A model generated the notes under the pieces. That model saw only the letters and a program-made list of their open reading frames with translations, did not search any database and was not told where the DNA came from. Below are positions 62,290-64,000 of a DNA stretch of 64,000 bases, in pieces. The translations under genes and the position numbers were made by a program. This DNA is from Macrostomum lignano (lineage: Eukaryota): NCBI GenBank assembly GCA_002269645.1, contig NIVC01001135.1, positions 1-64,000 of the forward strand, read 5' to 3'. Within the stretch, counting starts at the first letter, position 1. Every line of letters starts with the position of its first letter.

Positions 62290-62295
62290 AATAAA
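62290..62295 (+). terminator. Candidate polyadenylation signal (AATAAA) of the FUBP-like gene
   Basis: Ends a long U-rich tract after the stop; another AATAAA near 61156 is an alternative. Confidence 0.3.
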
Positions 62296-62748
62296 ACTTA
62301 AACAAAACACAAATTGCGCACGCTCTGTCTCCCTCTCTCTGTCCCATGCTGCGTTGATCTGCGGGCGTTTTTTAAAATTATAAAGTCCAAACTTGAAGCT
62401 GTTTGTTTAGCATGTGTGTTTTTTAAAGTTTGTCATTTTACTTTCTTTTTGTGTCAGCTTTGCTGTTCCAAATTTGTCTGTTCTCTATCTGTCATCTATT
62501 TAAGATTCAAACTACAACTAAAATGCTGAGTTTAAAGCACCAGGCAAATTTAAGTAATCCTTTTGCTGCAAAAAGGCTCTTTGTCTTATGATAAATCCGT
62601 TTTACTGCGCGTCTCTCTTTTGGTTATTTTTCATTTTCCTGTGTCAAATATTTCTCTATAAACAGGAGTAAATTCTTGTTAAAGACCTTGCCTGAAAAAG
62701 AACTGCAGCTTGTTAATAGATCCTTAAAAGACCTATGTGTACGAGCAG

Positions 62749-63112
62749 CATACTTGCAACATGCATTCTAATAATAGATCACCAATGGCCGGAAACCCAT
62801 ACTTGCAACATGCATTTTAATAATAGATCACCAATGGCCGGAAACCCATACTTGCAACATGCATTCTAATAATATATCACCAATGGCCGGAAACCCAAAT
62901 TTGAGGCATATATTCTAAAAATAGATCACTAATTTCAGGAAACCCATATTTGAGGCATATATTCTAAAAATAGATCACTAATTTCAGGAAACCCATATTT
63001 GAGGCATATATTCTAAAAATAGATCACTAATTTCAGGAAACCCATATTTGAGGCATATATTCTAAAAATAGATCACTAATTTCAGGAAACCCATATTTGA
63101 GGCATATATTCT
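62749..63112. repeat. 49-bp minisatellite, about 7.5 copies, two subtypes
   Basis: Period 62749 to 62798. Confidence 0.92.
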
Positions 63113-63424
63113 ACGAGCTGTTGAAACCCGCGGATTTTGAACCCAGGGAATTCCAATCCGCGGAAATTTTTGCATGTCCTTTTCCTTTCTGAAATCTGAG
63201 GCCATATACATGTACAAACAACAACTTGTTAATAGTTAGTAGGATAGAAGTAAACATAAAATAGAGTACATTCGTGTATAATTAGGATTTGAGGCAAACA
63301 TTGATATTGTTGGCTGGGGTGCTGCGCAGAATGTCAGGCAATGTCTGTCTGACTCTTAAACATGTATTGGCAAACTCTGGCTTCTGCATCTGCCTCTCCC
63401 TACATCCCTTGGATCCTTTGAAAC

Positions 63425-64000
63425 TTCTATTTTCTTTTCTTCATTCTTCTCTCTTGTCCCTTCTCTCAACTCTCTCCTCTACTCTCTCATCTCTACTCTT
63501 TCCTTTCTGTCTCTCCTCTCATCTCTTCTCTTCTTTCCTCTTTCCTCTTTCCTCTCTTCTCGTTTTTGCTCTCTCATTTCTCCTTTCTCTTCTTTTATCT
63601 TTTATCTTTTCTCATTTTTCTCCGTTCTCTCTCTCTCTCTCTCCGCCTTTCTCCCTCTCTCTTACATGTATCTCTCCTCTTCCATCTCTCTTCTCCTCTC
63701 TACTCTTCATTCTCCATTCTCCTCTTTCCTCTCCTCTCTCCTGACTCACTTCTCTCTCCCTTTGTCTCTGCTACTGGTATCTCCTCTGGTATCTGTAATC
63801 TCATCTCTCTTACCTCTTATCTCTCCTTTTCTTCTCTACTCTCCCATCTCTCGTCTGTTCACTCTCGTCTCTGCTCTCTCATCTCCCCTCTCTCATCTGT
63901 AATCTTTACTCTCTTAAATGTTCTCTCACCTCTCTTTGTACTCTTTCTTTCCCCTCTTTTGACACCTCACTTTTCTTTCTCCTTTCTTCTCTTCTCTTCT
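63425..64000. repeat. CT-rich low-complexity sequence
   Basis: Polypyrimidine run to the window end. Confidence 0.9.

Overview
Eukaryotic (animal) genomic DNA, not prokaryotic. It has GC3-rich exons with GT-AG introns, and roughly 18 kb (about 28%, estimated by eye) is mini- or microsatellite. This composition resembles the flatworm Macrostomum (inference only). Genes I can support: (1) two tail-to-tail TRPV-like ankyrin/6TM channel paralogs, 1-504 (+, partial) and 2133-4019 (-, intronless, about 5 frameshifts); (2) a multi-exon minus-strand SCHIP1 homolog (5296 to at least 20507) whose 5' exons splice to an IQ motif (DTAAFLIQRAWRRYR), i.e. an IQCJ-SCHIP1-like architecture; (3) intronless TTC26/IFT56 (31707-33380); (4) a 5-exon DUF4470-type protein (39731-47381); (5) a 4-KH FUBP/KHSRP/PSI-family gene (55027-60966). 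Mobile DNA: a candidate solo LTR, three copies of a tRNA-headed SINE, several MITEs with target-site duplications (one three-level nest), and a fossil DDE transposase with Transib/RAG1-like motifs. Three RFX X-box motifs lie upstream of TRPV, upstream of TTC26, and inside SCHIP1. Two sharply bounded blocks are nearly devoid of CpG. Most long ORFs in the supplied track are translated tandem repeats. All analysis was by eye; no searches were run.
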